DNA of 38,986 nt from a virus. Lineage: Duplodnaviria > Caudoviricetes. Numbering within the stretch: position 1 is the first letter of the stretch; each line of letters begins with the position of its first letter. This document shows, piece by piece, positions 15,686-23,746 of this stretch. Position numbers and translations under genes: made by a program. The stretch spans positions 1 to 38,986 of the IMG/VR virus record IMGVR_UViG_3300016474_000415; one strand, given 5' to 3'. The notes below the pieces were generated by a model, which was not told the origin of the DNA, did no database searches, and was given only the letters and a program-made list of their open reading frames with translations.

Positions 15686-16038
15686 GCGAGCCACTTCTCC
15701 CGGATGGCCTGGGCTGCGCCCACGATGTCGGTCTCGCGCCATTGGTTCTGCGATGTGTGCACCCATGCCGTCCATTGCTCCCGGTTGCGTCTGAAAAGCA
15801 GCATGGGCTCGGCACCCACACGCTGCGCTTGCTCGCAGGCCTGACGCCACCAAGTCGGGCGGCTCAGGCGCTCCTGGCGCTTGATCTCAATGGCCCAGCC
15901 CTTGACGGCCAGGCAGTCGGCGCCACCCTCGCGGGTTTGCGTGAGGTTGCGCGTGAGCAGCTGCCCCAGCTCTTGGCCCAGCAGCTTGAGCACCTCGCGT
16001 TCGGCGGCGGCGCCCTTGCGGCGTTGCATGGCGCTCAC
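15676..16038 (-). CDS. Holliday junction resolvase-like PD-(D/E)xK nuclease
   Basis: RKGAAAEREV..GGADCL..AIEIKRQE..WWRQA. Confidence 0.75.
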   Translation of the reverse strand: MSAMQRRKGAAAEREVLKLLGQELGQLLTRNLTQTREGGADCLAVKGWAIEIKRQERLSRPTWWRQACEQAQRVGAEPMLLFRRNREQWTAWVHTSQNQWRETDIVGAAQAIREKWLAWP

Positions 16039-16142
16039 TGGCACCCCTTGCACACGTACTGCTTCACGCCCTTGACGAGCTGCAACTTGCGGCCCAGCGT
16101 CATGCGCGGCTGGCGGCACTTGGCGCACAGGAAGTTGCTCAT
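16035..16142 (-). CDS. Small Zn-ribbon protein
   Basis: MSNFLCAKC..YVCKGCQ; overlapping start and stop codons on both sides. Confidence 0.55.
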   Translation of the reverse strand: MSNFLCAKCRQPRMTLGRKLQLVKGVKQYVCKGCQ

Positions 16143-16402
16143 CAGTCCAACGCCACGCGGGGCGGCGAACCGGTGGCCTTGGCGCTGGCTGGTGTCGCTG
16201 TTGCTCGGGGTTGTGCCCACAGGTTCCTCATCGTCTGTTTCAGTTGATCCACATGCGCCTTGCCGCGCCGCTTCTCCAGGCTGGCCAGCCAAGCCCGGCG
16301 CTCGTCCAGGCTGGGCAGCTTGAGGATCCAGCGCGCTTCGCATTCATGGCGCCAGGCCTCGCTGCTGCTGCTGACCTCGGTGCCGTCATGCAGCGCGGGC
16401 AT
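16142..16402 (-). CDS. Conserved phage hypothetical protein
   Basis: SEAWRHECEARWIL..RRAWLASLEKRRG. Confidence 0.65.
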   Translation of the reverse strand: MPALHDGTEVSSSSEAWRHECEARWILKLPSLDERRAWLASLEKRRGKAHVDQLKQTMRNLWAQPRATATPASAKATGSPPRVALD

Positions 16403-16712
16403 GTCGGGCGCAGCGCTGGGCGTAGTGCCAGATGCTGCTGACCTGCTCAATGCTGGGCGGGACCACGCGCGGCGGGGTGGTGGGCTGCGTGAAGGGCTTG
16501 TCAGCGTGCCAACGCGCGCCCGACTTGTTGCCGCTGCGCCAAATCTGGCCAGACCGGTTGATGAACATCAGATGCACCGTCACCGTGGACGGCGCGCAGC
16601 CAAACTGCAACGCGATCTGCTTGTTGGTGCACGGCTGGTTCACCCGGATGAACTCCAGGATGGCCTGCTGGCGGGCGGTGAGTTTGGTTGGCTCTCGCGT
16701 TGGGGTCGTCAT
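16386..16712 (-). CDS. Winged-helix DNA-binding protein
   Basis: LTARQQAILEFI..TNKQIALQFGCAPSTVTVHL. Confidence 0.7.
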   Translation of the reverse strand: MTTPTREPTKLTARQQAILEFIRVNQPCTNKQIALQFGCAPSTVTVHLMFINRSGQIWRSGNKSGARWHADKPFTQPTTPPRVVPPSIEQVSSIWHYAQRCARHARAA

Positions 16713-17632
16713 GCGGCAAGTCGGTACGGTTCCACCGCGCTGATGCGGTCGTCACAAAAACGCAGCGAGGCCGCGTCCCACCACAGGGCCACTGCGCCCT
16801 CCCAGTCGCCGTTGCGCTGCTTTTCCACGGCCACCCGGGCGTCGGGCTTGGCCAGGGCCACGGCGTCGCTCGGATCCTTCTGCAGCGCCAGGTGCTTGTC
16901 CTTGTTGGCCCACACCGTGACCACGTTGTGCGCCTGGTCGCTGATGGCGGCCGAGCCGCGCAGGTCGTACTTGGTGGGCGGGGTGGTCTCGCCGTTTTGC
17001 GGTTTGCGGCAGTGCGTGATGAGGTGGATGTGCAGCCCCGTCTCCTGGGCCACGCGCACCAGGTCGGTGACGAACTGCTTTTGCTCGTCCATGCTCTCCT
17101 CGGAGCCGCAGACCATCATCATGGAGTCCACAAACACCTGCTGGCCCTTGAGCTCCTCCGCGAAGTAACGCAGCACCGCCAGGCACACCTCGGGGTTGAT
17201 GCGGCCCACGTGGTCGAACATCCACAGCCGGCCATCCGTCCAGCGGCTGAAGGCCTGCAGCGACACGCCCGCGGGCTTGAGCAGCCCGAGCGCTTGGCGC
17301 GCCATGCGGGCCAGGGAGCGGCTGGGCTGCATCTCGAACGACATCAGCAGCGTGCGGTAGCCGGCGGTCATCAGGTCCAGCGCCACCTGGCCGGTGAACA
17401 TGCTCTTGCGGTGGCCGTTGTAGCCCGCCCAGGCCGTCAGCTCCCCCGGGCGGAACTCCATGCGCCCGCGCAGCTTGGTGGAGAACATCTCCGGCGGCTT
17501 GTGCTTGGGGTCACGCGGGGCAAACTCGGCCAGCAGCTCGTCGGTGAAGACGCTGGCGGCCTTGACCTTGACGCGGGCCTCGGTGGACTTGGCGTAGCTC
17601 GCCCAGTCGATGGTGTCGGGGATCAGTTGCAT
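16709..17632 (-). CDS. DnaB-like (SF4) replicative helicase
   Basis: GELTAWAGYNGHRKS, SFEM, FVDS, LRGSAAISDQA, EKQRNG motifs; start MQLIPD. Confidence 0.85.
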   Translation of the reverse strand: MQLIPDTIDWASYAKSTEARVKVKAASVFTDELLAEFAPRDPKHKPPEMFSTKLRGRMEFRPGELTAWAGYNGHRKSMFTGQVALDLMTAGYRTLLMSFEMQPSRSLARMARQALGLLKPAGVSLQAFSRWTDGRLWMFDHVGRINPEVCLAVLRYFAEELKGQQVFVDSMMMVCGSEESMDEQKQFVTDLVRVAQETGLHIHLITHCRKPQNGETTPPTKYDLRGSAAISDQAHNVVTVWANKDKHLALQKDPSDAVALAKPDARVAVEKQRNGDWEGAVALWWDAASLRFCDDRISAVEPYRLAA

Positions 17633-17961
17633 GGCACTCCGTGGCGAAAACACTCCGTCCAAGGCGCTCCGGCCGCGCGATTCCACTCGCCGCCCACCAC
17701 CCGGGCCGCTCCAGCGGTGACCGCGGCCATGCACAGGGCGCGCACCGTGCGCTGGTGGCCGTCGTCCTGCTCGGCGGCCACGATCACGTCCAGCCCCACC
17801 AAGGGCCGCAGGTCCAGGCGCTCCAGGCGCTCGTCCGGGGCCACCGTCAGCTCCAGGGCGGTGCCGGTCTGGCAGGGCGCGTCGGTGGTCACGTGGATGG
17901 CCACGGCGGCGGGCCTCACCCCTCGACCTCTCAAGGCCACCAGGGTCTCCAGGCCTCTCAC
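17623..17961 (-). CDS. Replication-module hypothetical protein
   Basis: ERLDLRPLVGLDV; coupled between initiator and helicase. Confidence 0.55.
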   Translation of the reverse strand: MRGLETLVALRGRGVRPAAVAIHVTTDAPCQTGTALELTVAPDERLERLDLRPLVGLDVIVAAEQDDGHQRTVRALCMAAVTAGAARVVGGEWNRAAGAPWTECFRHGVPCN

Positions 17962-18710
17962 ATCGCCCCCGCAAAAACGTCGTCCATGGGCTGGGCAGAG
18001 ACCTCGTCCTCCCAGCGCCGACCGTTCAGCCAGGTGCTGGGGTGGGGGATGAACTGGCCGTCATCGCGCTGCCACTGGGCGCTTTGGCGCTGCAGGGCCA
18101 GGGCGGCCAGCATGCGGCTGAGCAGCGGCTCGTCAGGGCGCAGCCGGGCAAAGGCCTTGGCGGCCTGCGGCTTGGCGGTCTTGCGGGGATAGGCCTGCCA
18201 GAAGCGGTCGAAGCCGGGCGGGAATTCGTGGACCTTGGGCTCAGCAGGGCGGGGCGGAGGATCCTCGGTCGCCCCGACCCCCGAAAGGGGTAAGGGGTTA
18301 ATACTTCCCTTCCCTTCCCTTCCTCCCTGCGCGTCCTCTTCGCGTGGTGACGCGTCGGCCACGCGTGGGGCACGCGTGCGTTTTGGTGCCGTTTTGGGGT
18401 CCGGTAAAACGCTGGCAGTCTCGCGGGGGTTGATGTGCTGGTGCTTGGCAAAGCTCGGGATGTAGGCGAGGGTTCCTCCCTCGTACAGCAGCACCAAACG
18501 AGCGTTCAGCAGCTCATCTGCCAGCGCCTCGATGTCGCAGTTGTCGCCCGGCAGATAGCGCAATTTGAAAGTTTTTGGCTTCCAGGCAAAACGCCCTTCC
18601 TTGTCGGCCTCGCACCAAAGTGCGATGTAAAACAGTCTGGCCAGCGGCGACAGTAAAACGATGTCCTCGGAAGTGAAAAAATCCGGTTTTATCGTGCGAA
18701 TGCGGGCCAT
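17958..18710 (-). CDS. Replication initiator (O-like)
   Basis: MARIRTIKPDFFTSED N-terminus; FDRFWQAYPRK..FIPHPSTWLNGRRWEDE C-terminus. Confidence 0.85.
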   Translation of the reverse strand: MARIRTIKPDFFTSEDIVLLSPLARLFYIALWCEADKEGRFAWKPKTFKLRYLPGDNCDIEALADELLNARLVLLYEGGTLAYIPSFAKHQHINPRETASVLPDPKTAPKRTRAPRVADASPREEDAQGGREGKGSINPLPLSGVGATEDPPPRPAEPKVHEFPPGFDRFWQAYPRKTAKPQAAKAFARLRPDEPLLSRMLAALALQRQSAQWQRDDGQFIPHPSTWLNGRRWEDEVSAQPMDDVFAGAM

Positions 18711-18919
18711 CAAAACCTCCCCGCAAGTTCGTAAGCGATGTCCGCTGTCTTCCTTGTGATGTGGCCTGAGCCAATCAACGCAGCAATCGTGCGCTGCAAC
18801 CTCATCGCCTCTAAAGAAGGGTTAAGGCCACACGGTTCTGCCAGCCAATCTGGCTTTGGAGCCGCAACTAGCACTACGCTCGTCTCTTCCTGCTTGTGTA
18901 GCTTCAAGCCGCCCTCCAC
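18710..18919 (-). CDS. Hypothetical protein
   Basis: Lower-GC ORF filling an operon gap, TGATG-coupled to the initiator. Confidence 0.5.
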   Translation of the reverse strand: MEGGLKLHKQEETSVVLVAAPKPDWLAEPCGLNPSLEAMRLQRTIAALIGSGHITRKTADIAYELAGRF

Positions 18920-19206
18920 TCGCGTTCTGCCCGGCCTGCCGTTGACAGCACGGTCTTGCCGGTGGGTTGAATGAGGCCGGCGCGTGCCAGCTCGGCGGTG
19001 CGGCGGGCCACGGCCACCCCGGTGAGGCCAGTCCTCGCCGCAATGCCGTCCTTGCCGAGAGGCCCAAAGCGCTTCAAGCAGCCCACGATGGTGCGGTGGT
19101 GCTGCGCCTGCAGCTCCTTGGCGCTGGCGGCGGCCTGGTGGCTGGTCACGGGGTCACGGCGCCGGGCCATCGGCGCAACGTCGAACAGCGCCATCTGATT
19201 CACCAC
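18904..19206 (-). CDS. Winged-helix protein
   Basis: ARRRDPVTSHQAA..RRTAELARAGLI..GRAEREW. Confidence 0.7.
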   Translation of the reverse strand: MVNQMALFDVAPMARRRDPVTSHQAAASAKELQAQHHRTIVGCLKRFGPLGKDGIAARTGLTGVAVARRTAELARAGLIQPTGKTVLSTAGRAEREWRAA

Positions 19207-19412
19207 CGCGCCTCCTCCTGCTGGTTGGTATCCATCGGCTGCGGCTCGATCAGCTCGCAGATCTCGCGCGCCATCACCACGGCCTTGGGAAAGGGCCAGT
19301 TCGGTCGGTTGACCATCAGCACCAGCTCGCCCTTGTGCTCACCCACCTGGGTGCCCACGGCGCCGTCAGGCAGGCGCCATTGAGCAGGCTCACCATTGCT
19401 GCGCCGCGTCAT
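19200..19412 (-). CDS. Hypothetical protein
   Basis: 70 aa, overlapping start and stop codons with neighbours. Confidence 0.55.
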   Translation of the reverse strand: MTRRSNGEPAQWRLPDGAVGTQVGEHKGELVLMVNRPNWPFPKAVVMAREICELIEPQPMDTNQQEEARW

Positions 19413-19633
19413 TCCCCCGCCTTTCCGTTGCCATCCACGTCCGATGGATTGCGGCCGACCATGCGAAGGAGCACAGTCGCTCTATGGATCTGACGATCAG
19501 CCTCGGCCTGCAGCACCTGGATCACCCAATCAATGCGTGAGCCGGTGCCGTCAACTTGGGACAAGGCATCGATCTGGGCCATGAGGCTGCGAGGAATCAG
19601 ACCCCGCAATTCGGTGTCTTTTGCGTCAGCCAT
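19409..19633 (-). CDS. Ribbon-helix-helix-like regulator in the cII position
   Basis: TELRGLIPRSLMAQIDAL..SRIDWVIQVL; follows cro. Confidence 0.6.
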   Translation of the reverse strand: MADAKDTELRGLIPRSLMAQIDALSQVDGTGSRIDWVIQVLQAEADRQIHRATVLLRMVGRNPSDVDGNGKAGE

Positions 19634-19717
19634 GGGAGTGAAAGAAAAAAGTGCCCCCGGCCTTGCGGCTGGGGGCCAAAAGCGCCAAAGCGCTCAGGGA
19701 GGATTTCCATGCACACA

Positions 19718-19945
19718 TCAGGCGGCCTCGCGCACGGGGCTCAGCGCTTCCACTTCCACCCCGTGTTCGCGCGCCAGGCGCAGCAAACCGGCGGCCAGCG
19801 TGAAGCGCGGATCTGTGGTCTTGCCACGCGCGATATCGCTCACGGTGGCCTGCCCACAGTTCAACTGCAGCGCGATTTCTGGCTGAGTGACACCGGCCGC
19901 TTTGAGGCCACGCAGCAGCGCGGGCCAGTCAACAAGAGTGTTCAT
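19718..19945 (-). CDS. cro: Cro-like XRE HTH repressor
   Basis: GVTQPEIALQLNCGQATVSDIARG; divergent from cI. Confidence 0.85.
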   Translation of the reverse strand: MNTLVDWPALLRGLKAAGVTQPEIALQLNCGQATVSDIARGKTTDPRFTLAAGLLRLAREHGVEVEALSPVREAA

Positions 19946-19951
19946 GCCGGC

Positions 19952-20011
19952 AGAATATCGGCATACCGGTCACAAGTCAACAGGTCAGCCAATATCGGTT
20001 TGGCGTACGCT
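19952..20011. promoter_or_regulatory. OR region: pR (minus), pRM (plus) and operators
   Basis: Minus TTGACT-17-TATTCT 6 nt before the cro ATG; plus TACGCT 6 nt before the cI ATG; TATCGG-N4-CCGGT operator at 19956 and a half-site at 19993. Confidence 0.75.
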
Positions 20012-20017
20012 CACGGC

Positions 20018-20626
20018 ATGAAGACTCGATCTGAATACGGGTCACGCTTGAAGCAGGCGCGCCAGCACGCCAAGCTGTCGCAGAAGCAGTTGGCGGCGCT
20101 TGCCGGCATGTCGCAAGGCAACTTGTCGGAGCTGGAGACCATTGGGCACAGCAGCGGCATGACATTGCAGCTTGCGATGGCCTGCGGCGTGGACGCGCAT
20201 TGGCTGGCTACCGGGCAGGGGCAGATGCTGCAAGAGTCCGGGCAATCCCAGGTAGGACTTCCCCCAGTGGCTCATCCAGTGATACTGGATGAAATTACAG
20301 TGATTCCCAGAATAACTTGGGAGGATCTGGTGAGTCGCGCTTCTCTTCCGTTGGCCTTTGAGGTGGCTGCGCCCGATGCGTCCATGGCACCTAAAGTGCC
20401 GCAGGGCACGGTCGTGAAATTTGAGCGCGAGCTAGAGGCGCGCCCAGGCGACGGGGTGCTGGTACGTGACCGAGAGGGGCACCATTACCTGCGCATCTAC
20501 CGCGAGAAGCGCCCAGGCCACTGGGAGGCCTATGCCATCAACGACGCTTACTCCCCGCTGGACAGCCAGGCCGATGGCCTGACGGTGGTGGCCGTGCTCA
20601 CGGCGGTGGCGGGGCGCTGGGCGTGA
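20018..20626 (+). CDS. cI: CI-like repressor (XRE HTH plus degenerate S24 domain)
   Basis: RLKQARQHAKLSQKQLAALAGMSQGNLSELE; DASMAP..RPGDGVLV..AINDAY. Confidence 0.9.
   Translation: MKTRSEYGSRLKQARQHAKLSQKQLAALAGMSQGNLSELETIGHSSGMTLQLAMACGVDAHWLATGQGQMLQESGQSQVGLPPVAHPVILDEITVIPRITWEDLVSRASLPLAFEVAAPDASMAPKVPQGTVVKFERELEARPGDGVLVRDREGHHYLRIYREKRPGHWEAYAINDAYSPLDSQADGLTVVAVLTAVAGRWA
20285..20300 (+). promoter_or_regulatory. LexA (SOS) box inside cI, overlapping a putative -10
   Basis: CTGGATGAAATTACAG fits CTG-N10-CAG with AT-rich spacer; TGATACTGG overlaps it. Confidence 0.65.
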
Positions 20627-20658
20627 TCTCAGTGGAGGGTGCGGCGCTCGGCTAGACA

Positions 20659-20862
20659 GTGGCTGCTGGCGCCATTGCGGTGGCTGTCGGTCTGGCCGTC
20701 AAGCTCGGCACACTCATCGGCGAGCTGAAGAAGGAACGCGAGATCACGGCGGCGCTGCGCGCTGAGGTTGCCAAACTCAAGCAGCACCACCACCAGGCCG
20801 AAACAGAACAGGCCGTACGCATGGCCCAGCCCTTGAAGTACCCGCGCCAACACTCGGCGTAA
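20659..20862 (+). CDS. Small membrane-anchored coiled-coil protein co-transcribed with cI (possibly 5'-interrupted)
   Basis: Hydrophobic N-terminus then coiled coil; followed by a terminator; in-frame TAG at 20653 upstream. Confidence 0.5.
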   Translation: MAAGAIAVAVGLAVKLGTLIGELKKEREITAALRAEVAKLKQHHHQAETEQAVRMAQPLKYPRQHSA

Positions 20863-20883
20863 CCACCACATCACCACCTCCCC

Positions 20884-20907
20884 AGCCCGCCGCGTGCGGG
20901 CTTTTTT
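20884..20907 (+). terminator. Immunity operon terminator
   Basis: AGCCCGC-CGCGT-GCGGGCT-TTTTT. Confidence 0.85.
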
Positions 20908-20937
20908 GCGTCTCAGGGTTTGCACTGACCCAAAATA

Positions 20938-20980
20938 TATCGGAATGCCTGTTGACACTCTCGCACGGTTTTCCGATACT
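20938..20980 (+). promoter_or_regulatory. pL-like early promoter with two operators
   Basis: TTGACA(20952)-17-GATACT(20975); TATCGG-AATG-CCTGT and inverted ACGG-TTTT-CCGATA match the OR operator. Confidence 0.8.
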
Positions 20981-21018
20981 GCGTCCATGCGCTGCACGGT
21001 GCGGCGCGGGAGAGACAG

Positions 21019-21423
21019 ATGGACGCAGCCTTCAGATCCGCGCAGTCACGTTGGGATGCCATGCTCCCGCTGGACCGTGACACCGAGCCCACCAACTGGG
21101 AACTGAGCCAAGCCCGCGACGAGTTCCTGACCGACACCTGGGCCACCAGCGACTGGCTCAACTGGTCGCTTAAGCAGCCCGAGCTGCAGACCACCTACGT
21201 GCCGCTGCGCGCCGAGGACATGACCGCGCTGACGGTCGACCAGCTCTGGGTGCTGATCCTCACCGGCACCAACCCGCAACTGATTGCCGCCCGCCACGAG
21301 CTGGTGGAGCGCATGTGCGCCGAGCGCGCCGACGACATTGAGGCCCGCGTGCCGGCCATCCGCGCCAGCAACCTGCAGGACGCCGCCGAGTACATGGCCG
21401 AGCTGCAAGCGGAGGCCGCATGA
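21019..21423 (+). CDS. Early hypothetical protein
   Basis: SD GGGAG, first gene after pL. Confidence 0.75.
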   Translation: MDAAFRSAQSRWDAMLPLDRDTEPTNWELSQARDEFLTDTWATSDWLNWSLKQPELQTTYVPLRAEDMTALTVDQLWVLILTGTNPQLIAARHELVERMCAERADDIEARVPAIRASNLQDAAEYMAELQAEAA

Positions 21424-21632
21424 GCTTTGCCCGCATCTACGCCGACGGCCTGGAGGTGCTGCCCGGCACCGTGCCGCACCTGGGCTCCCGCCACTACGTG
21501 GAGCTGGAGCTGGACATGACCACCGCGCAGTGGCGCGAGGCCCTGGCCTTCCTCATCAGCCAGACCAGCGCGCAGGAGATGCGCGAGCTGCTGCAAAGCG
21601 ACTTCCCCGACCTGCTGGAGGTTTCAGCATGA
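21420..21632 (+). CDS. Hypothetical protein
   Basis: ATGA overlaps on both sides. Confidence 0.7.
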   Translation: MSFARIYADGLEVLPGTVPHLGSRHYVELELDMTTAQWREALAFLISQTSAQEMRELLQSDFPDLLEVSA

Positions 21633-21808
21633 ACGACACCATCCGCCGCTTTCCGCGCTCACTGCAGGAAGCCTTTCCGCAAGACCGCCAGTGGGCCTAC
21701 GCCGTGGAGCGCTACAGCAACCGCTACGACCAGGTGGGCTCGGTGTTGCTGGCTTGCGCCATCGGCCTGGGGCTGGCCTTGGCCTTGGTGCACTGGTGGT
21801 CGGCATGA
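21629..21808 (+). CDS. Small membrane protein
   Basis: RRFPRSLQEAF then a C-terminal TM segment. Confidence 0.65.
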   Translation: MNDTIRRFPRSLQEAFPQDRQWAYAVERYSNRYDQVGSVLLACAIGLGLALALVHWWSA

Positions 21809-22095
21809 GCGCCGCACACACCCCAGGGCCGTGGGAGTTCGTCCAGGCCGGCAGCGGCGACTTCCCAACGTGGAATGTGCGCATTGGTGAGCGCGGCCTC
21901 ATCACCCTGCCGGCCACGGCCAGCATGGAGACGATGGACGCAGACGCCCGCCTGATCGCCGCCGCGCCGGAGCTGCTGGAGGCGCTGCGTCTCTGCAAAA
22001 GGTACATCGACGGCGGTCACGGCCTGTACCCGGGCTTGCATCACGAAGCCTACGTAGCCGCCCGCGACGCCATCGCCAAATCGGAGGGCCGCTGA
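21805..22095 (+). CDS. Conserved phage protein (HTPGPW..ARLIAAAPELLEAL family)
   Basis: Characteristic motifs. Confidence 0.75.
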   Translation: MSAAHTPGPWEFVQAGSGDFPTWNVRIGERGLITLPATASMETMDADARLIAAAPELLEALRLCKRYIDGGHGLYPGLHHEAYVAARDAIAKSEGR

Positions 22096-22096
22096 C

Positions 22097-22303
22097 ATGG
22101 AGCGCCACTACTCGAACGGCACCGAGCCCTATGTGCTCCCGCACTGGGAGTGCCACGGCCCCTGCCGCCAAGGCCGCGCGGAGTGCCCCACGCCCGAAGC
22201 CTGCGAGCGCCCACCGGGTGACCCGGATGGCCTGGAGCTGCTCGGCGGCCTAGCCGTGGTGCTGCTGGTCATCTTCGTGCTTGGCCTGCTGGTGGCGGCA
22301 TGA
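22097..22303 (+). CDS. Small Cys-rich membrane protein
   Basis: CHGPCRQGRAECPTPEAC plus C-terminal TM. Confidence 0.65.
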   Translation: MERHYSNGTEPYVLPHWECHGPCRQGRAECPTPEACERPPGDPDGLELLGGLAVVLLVIFVLGLLVAA

Positions 22304-22416
22304 GCAAGCTGCACCTGACCCGCGCCGTGCTGCGCGCCCTGATCCGCCGCGACTGGCCGGTGGCCCGCATGTGGGCCGGCGTGCTGCGCGATTCGTTCAA
22401 ACCCACCCCATTCTGA
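22300..22416 (+). CDS. 38-aa hypothetical protein
   Basis: ATGA overlap, MSKLHLTRAVLRALIRRDW; ends at the next gene's SD. Confidence 0.45.
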   Translation: MSKLHLTRAVLRALIRRDWPVARMWAGVLRDSFKPTPF

Positions 22417-22426
22417 GGAGACCAGC

Positions 22427-23113
22427 ATGAGCGAGCTGCTCAAGATCAACGTCAACGACCACACCGAGCGAAAAAACGGCCTCACGTACCTGTCTTGGGC
22501 CTGGGCCTGGGCCGAGGTGCTGAAGCTGGACCCTGCGGCCACCTGGGAGGCGCAGGAGTTCAACGGCCTGCCCTGCATCGTCATGCCCGACACCACCTGC
22601 ATGGTGAAGGTCAGCGTGACCATCAAGGGCGACCGCAAGACCTGCTTGCTGCCGGTGATGAACCACCGCAACCAGGCCATCAAGAACCCCGACGCCTTTG
22701 CCGTCAACACCGCGCTGATGCGCTGCCTGGCCAAGGCCATCGCCATGCACGGCCTGGGCCTCTACATCTACGCCGGCGAAGACCTGCCCGAGCAGGACGA
22801 GCCCAAAGCCACCGACACCAAGCCCGCCGAGGTCAAGCCCCTCAAGCCGGGCGTGATCAGCGCCACCGACGGTGCCGCCGATGCGCTGCAAGAGCAGGAG
22901 CGCAACGAGCTGACCGAGGTGGCTCTTCACATGATCGACTGCCACAGAAATGGGCGCGACCTGGATGCCATCCGCATCTGGTACGACCCCGCCACGTTTG
23001 AGAGCAACGAGCAGCGCGTGTTTGTCTGGTCGCTCTTGAAGACCGAGTCCAAGCTCCGCGCCGTCATCAAGGCGAATTCCCCGTCCAACCAAAAAGAGGT
23101 GGCGAATGCCTAG
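22427..23113 (+). CDS. sak: Sak / Rad52-like single-strand annealing protein (DUF1071-type)
   Basis: LTYLSWAWAW..LPVMNHRN..MRCLAKAIAMHGLGLYIYAGEDLP. Confidence 0.85.
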   Translation: MSELLKINVNDHTERKNGLTYLSWAWAWAEVLKLDPAATWEAQEFNGLPCIVMPDTTCMVKVSVTIKGDRKTCLLPVMNHRNQAIKNPDAFAVNTALMRCLAKAIAMHGLGLYIYAGEDLPEQDEPKATDTKPAEVKPLKPGVISATDGAADALQEQERNELTEVALHMIDCHRNGRDLDAIRIWYDPATFESNEQRVFVWSLLKTESKLRAVIKANSPSNQKEVANA

Positions 23114-23567
23114 GTCTGGTGTCAATGCTTTGCCGGAGTACCCCGTCTTGGCGGCAATGGTGCAGCGCTGCACAAACCCAAATGACAGGTCATGGCAGCG
23201 ATATGGCGGCAATAGTGTAACGGTATGCGATCGCTGGCGCAAGTTTTCCAACTTCTATGCAGACATGGGCCCGCGCGAAAACGGTCAATCGTTGGACCGT
23301 ATAGACAACAAGAAGGGCTACAGCAAGGAGAACTGCCGGTGGACAACGGTAGATGTTCAAGCGCAAAACAAAGGCCCATACAAGACCACTCCGTTTGGCA
23401 TGAACGGGGTTGTTTGGCGCCAAGACTGCAAAAAGTACCGGGCACAGATTGGTACTCAAGGTCGGCAGATCATCCTTGGGCATTTCAAAACGATAGACGA
23501 AGCAATTGCTGCGCGCAGGGCCGGCGAGCATCGCTACTGGAACAAACCCGTCGCGGAGGCCGCGTGA
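23106..23567 (+). CDS. HNH-AP2 free-standing homing endonuclease
   Basis: MVQRCTNPN..YGG..VCDRW..SLDRIDNKKGYSKENCRW plus AP2-like GVVW..YRAQI..LGHFKTIDEAIAAR; lower GC. Confidence 0.8.
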   Translation: MPRSGVNALPEYPVLAAMVQRCTNPNDRSWQRYGGNSVTVCDRWRKFSNFYADMGPRENGQSLDRIDNKKGYSKENCRWTTVDVQAQNKGPYKTTPFGMNGVVWRQDCKKYRAQIGTQGRQIILGHFKTIDEAIAARRAGEHRYWNKPVAEAA

Positions 23568-23746
23568 TCAAGACTGAATACATCCACCCGCCGGTCGGTG
23601 TCCGCCATTTTGATTGGATGGCCTACATCCCCGACAACGAAGGCGAAGGCCCAACGGGCTACGGCGAGACCGAGATCGAGGCGCTGCACGACCTGTGCGA
23701 GCAGCTGGCCGAACAGTTGTTCAACGAAGAGAAAGCAGCAGCATGA
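23564..23746 (+). CDS. Hypothetical protein
   Basis: FDWMAY..GYGETEIEALHDL; GTGA and ATGA overlaps. Confidence 0.6.
   Translation: MIKTEYIHPPVGVRHFDWMAYIPDNEGEGPTGYGETEIEALHDLCEQLAEQLFNEEKAAA

Noticed and set aside
18275-18330. Iteron-type replication origin in the initiator gene
   Set aside because: Only short purine/pyrimidine runs encoding GREGKG; no clear iteron array could be supported.
20653-20655. Genome-wide TAG recoding
   Set aside because: TAG serves as a normal stop for int, xis and the head fibre; genes are not fragmented; no suppressor tRNA is present.
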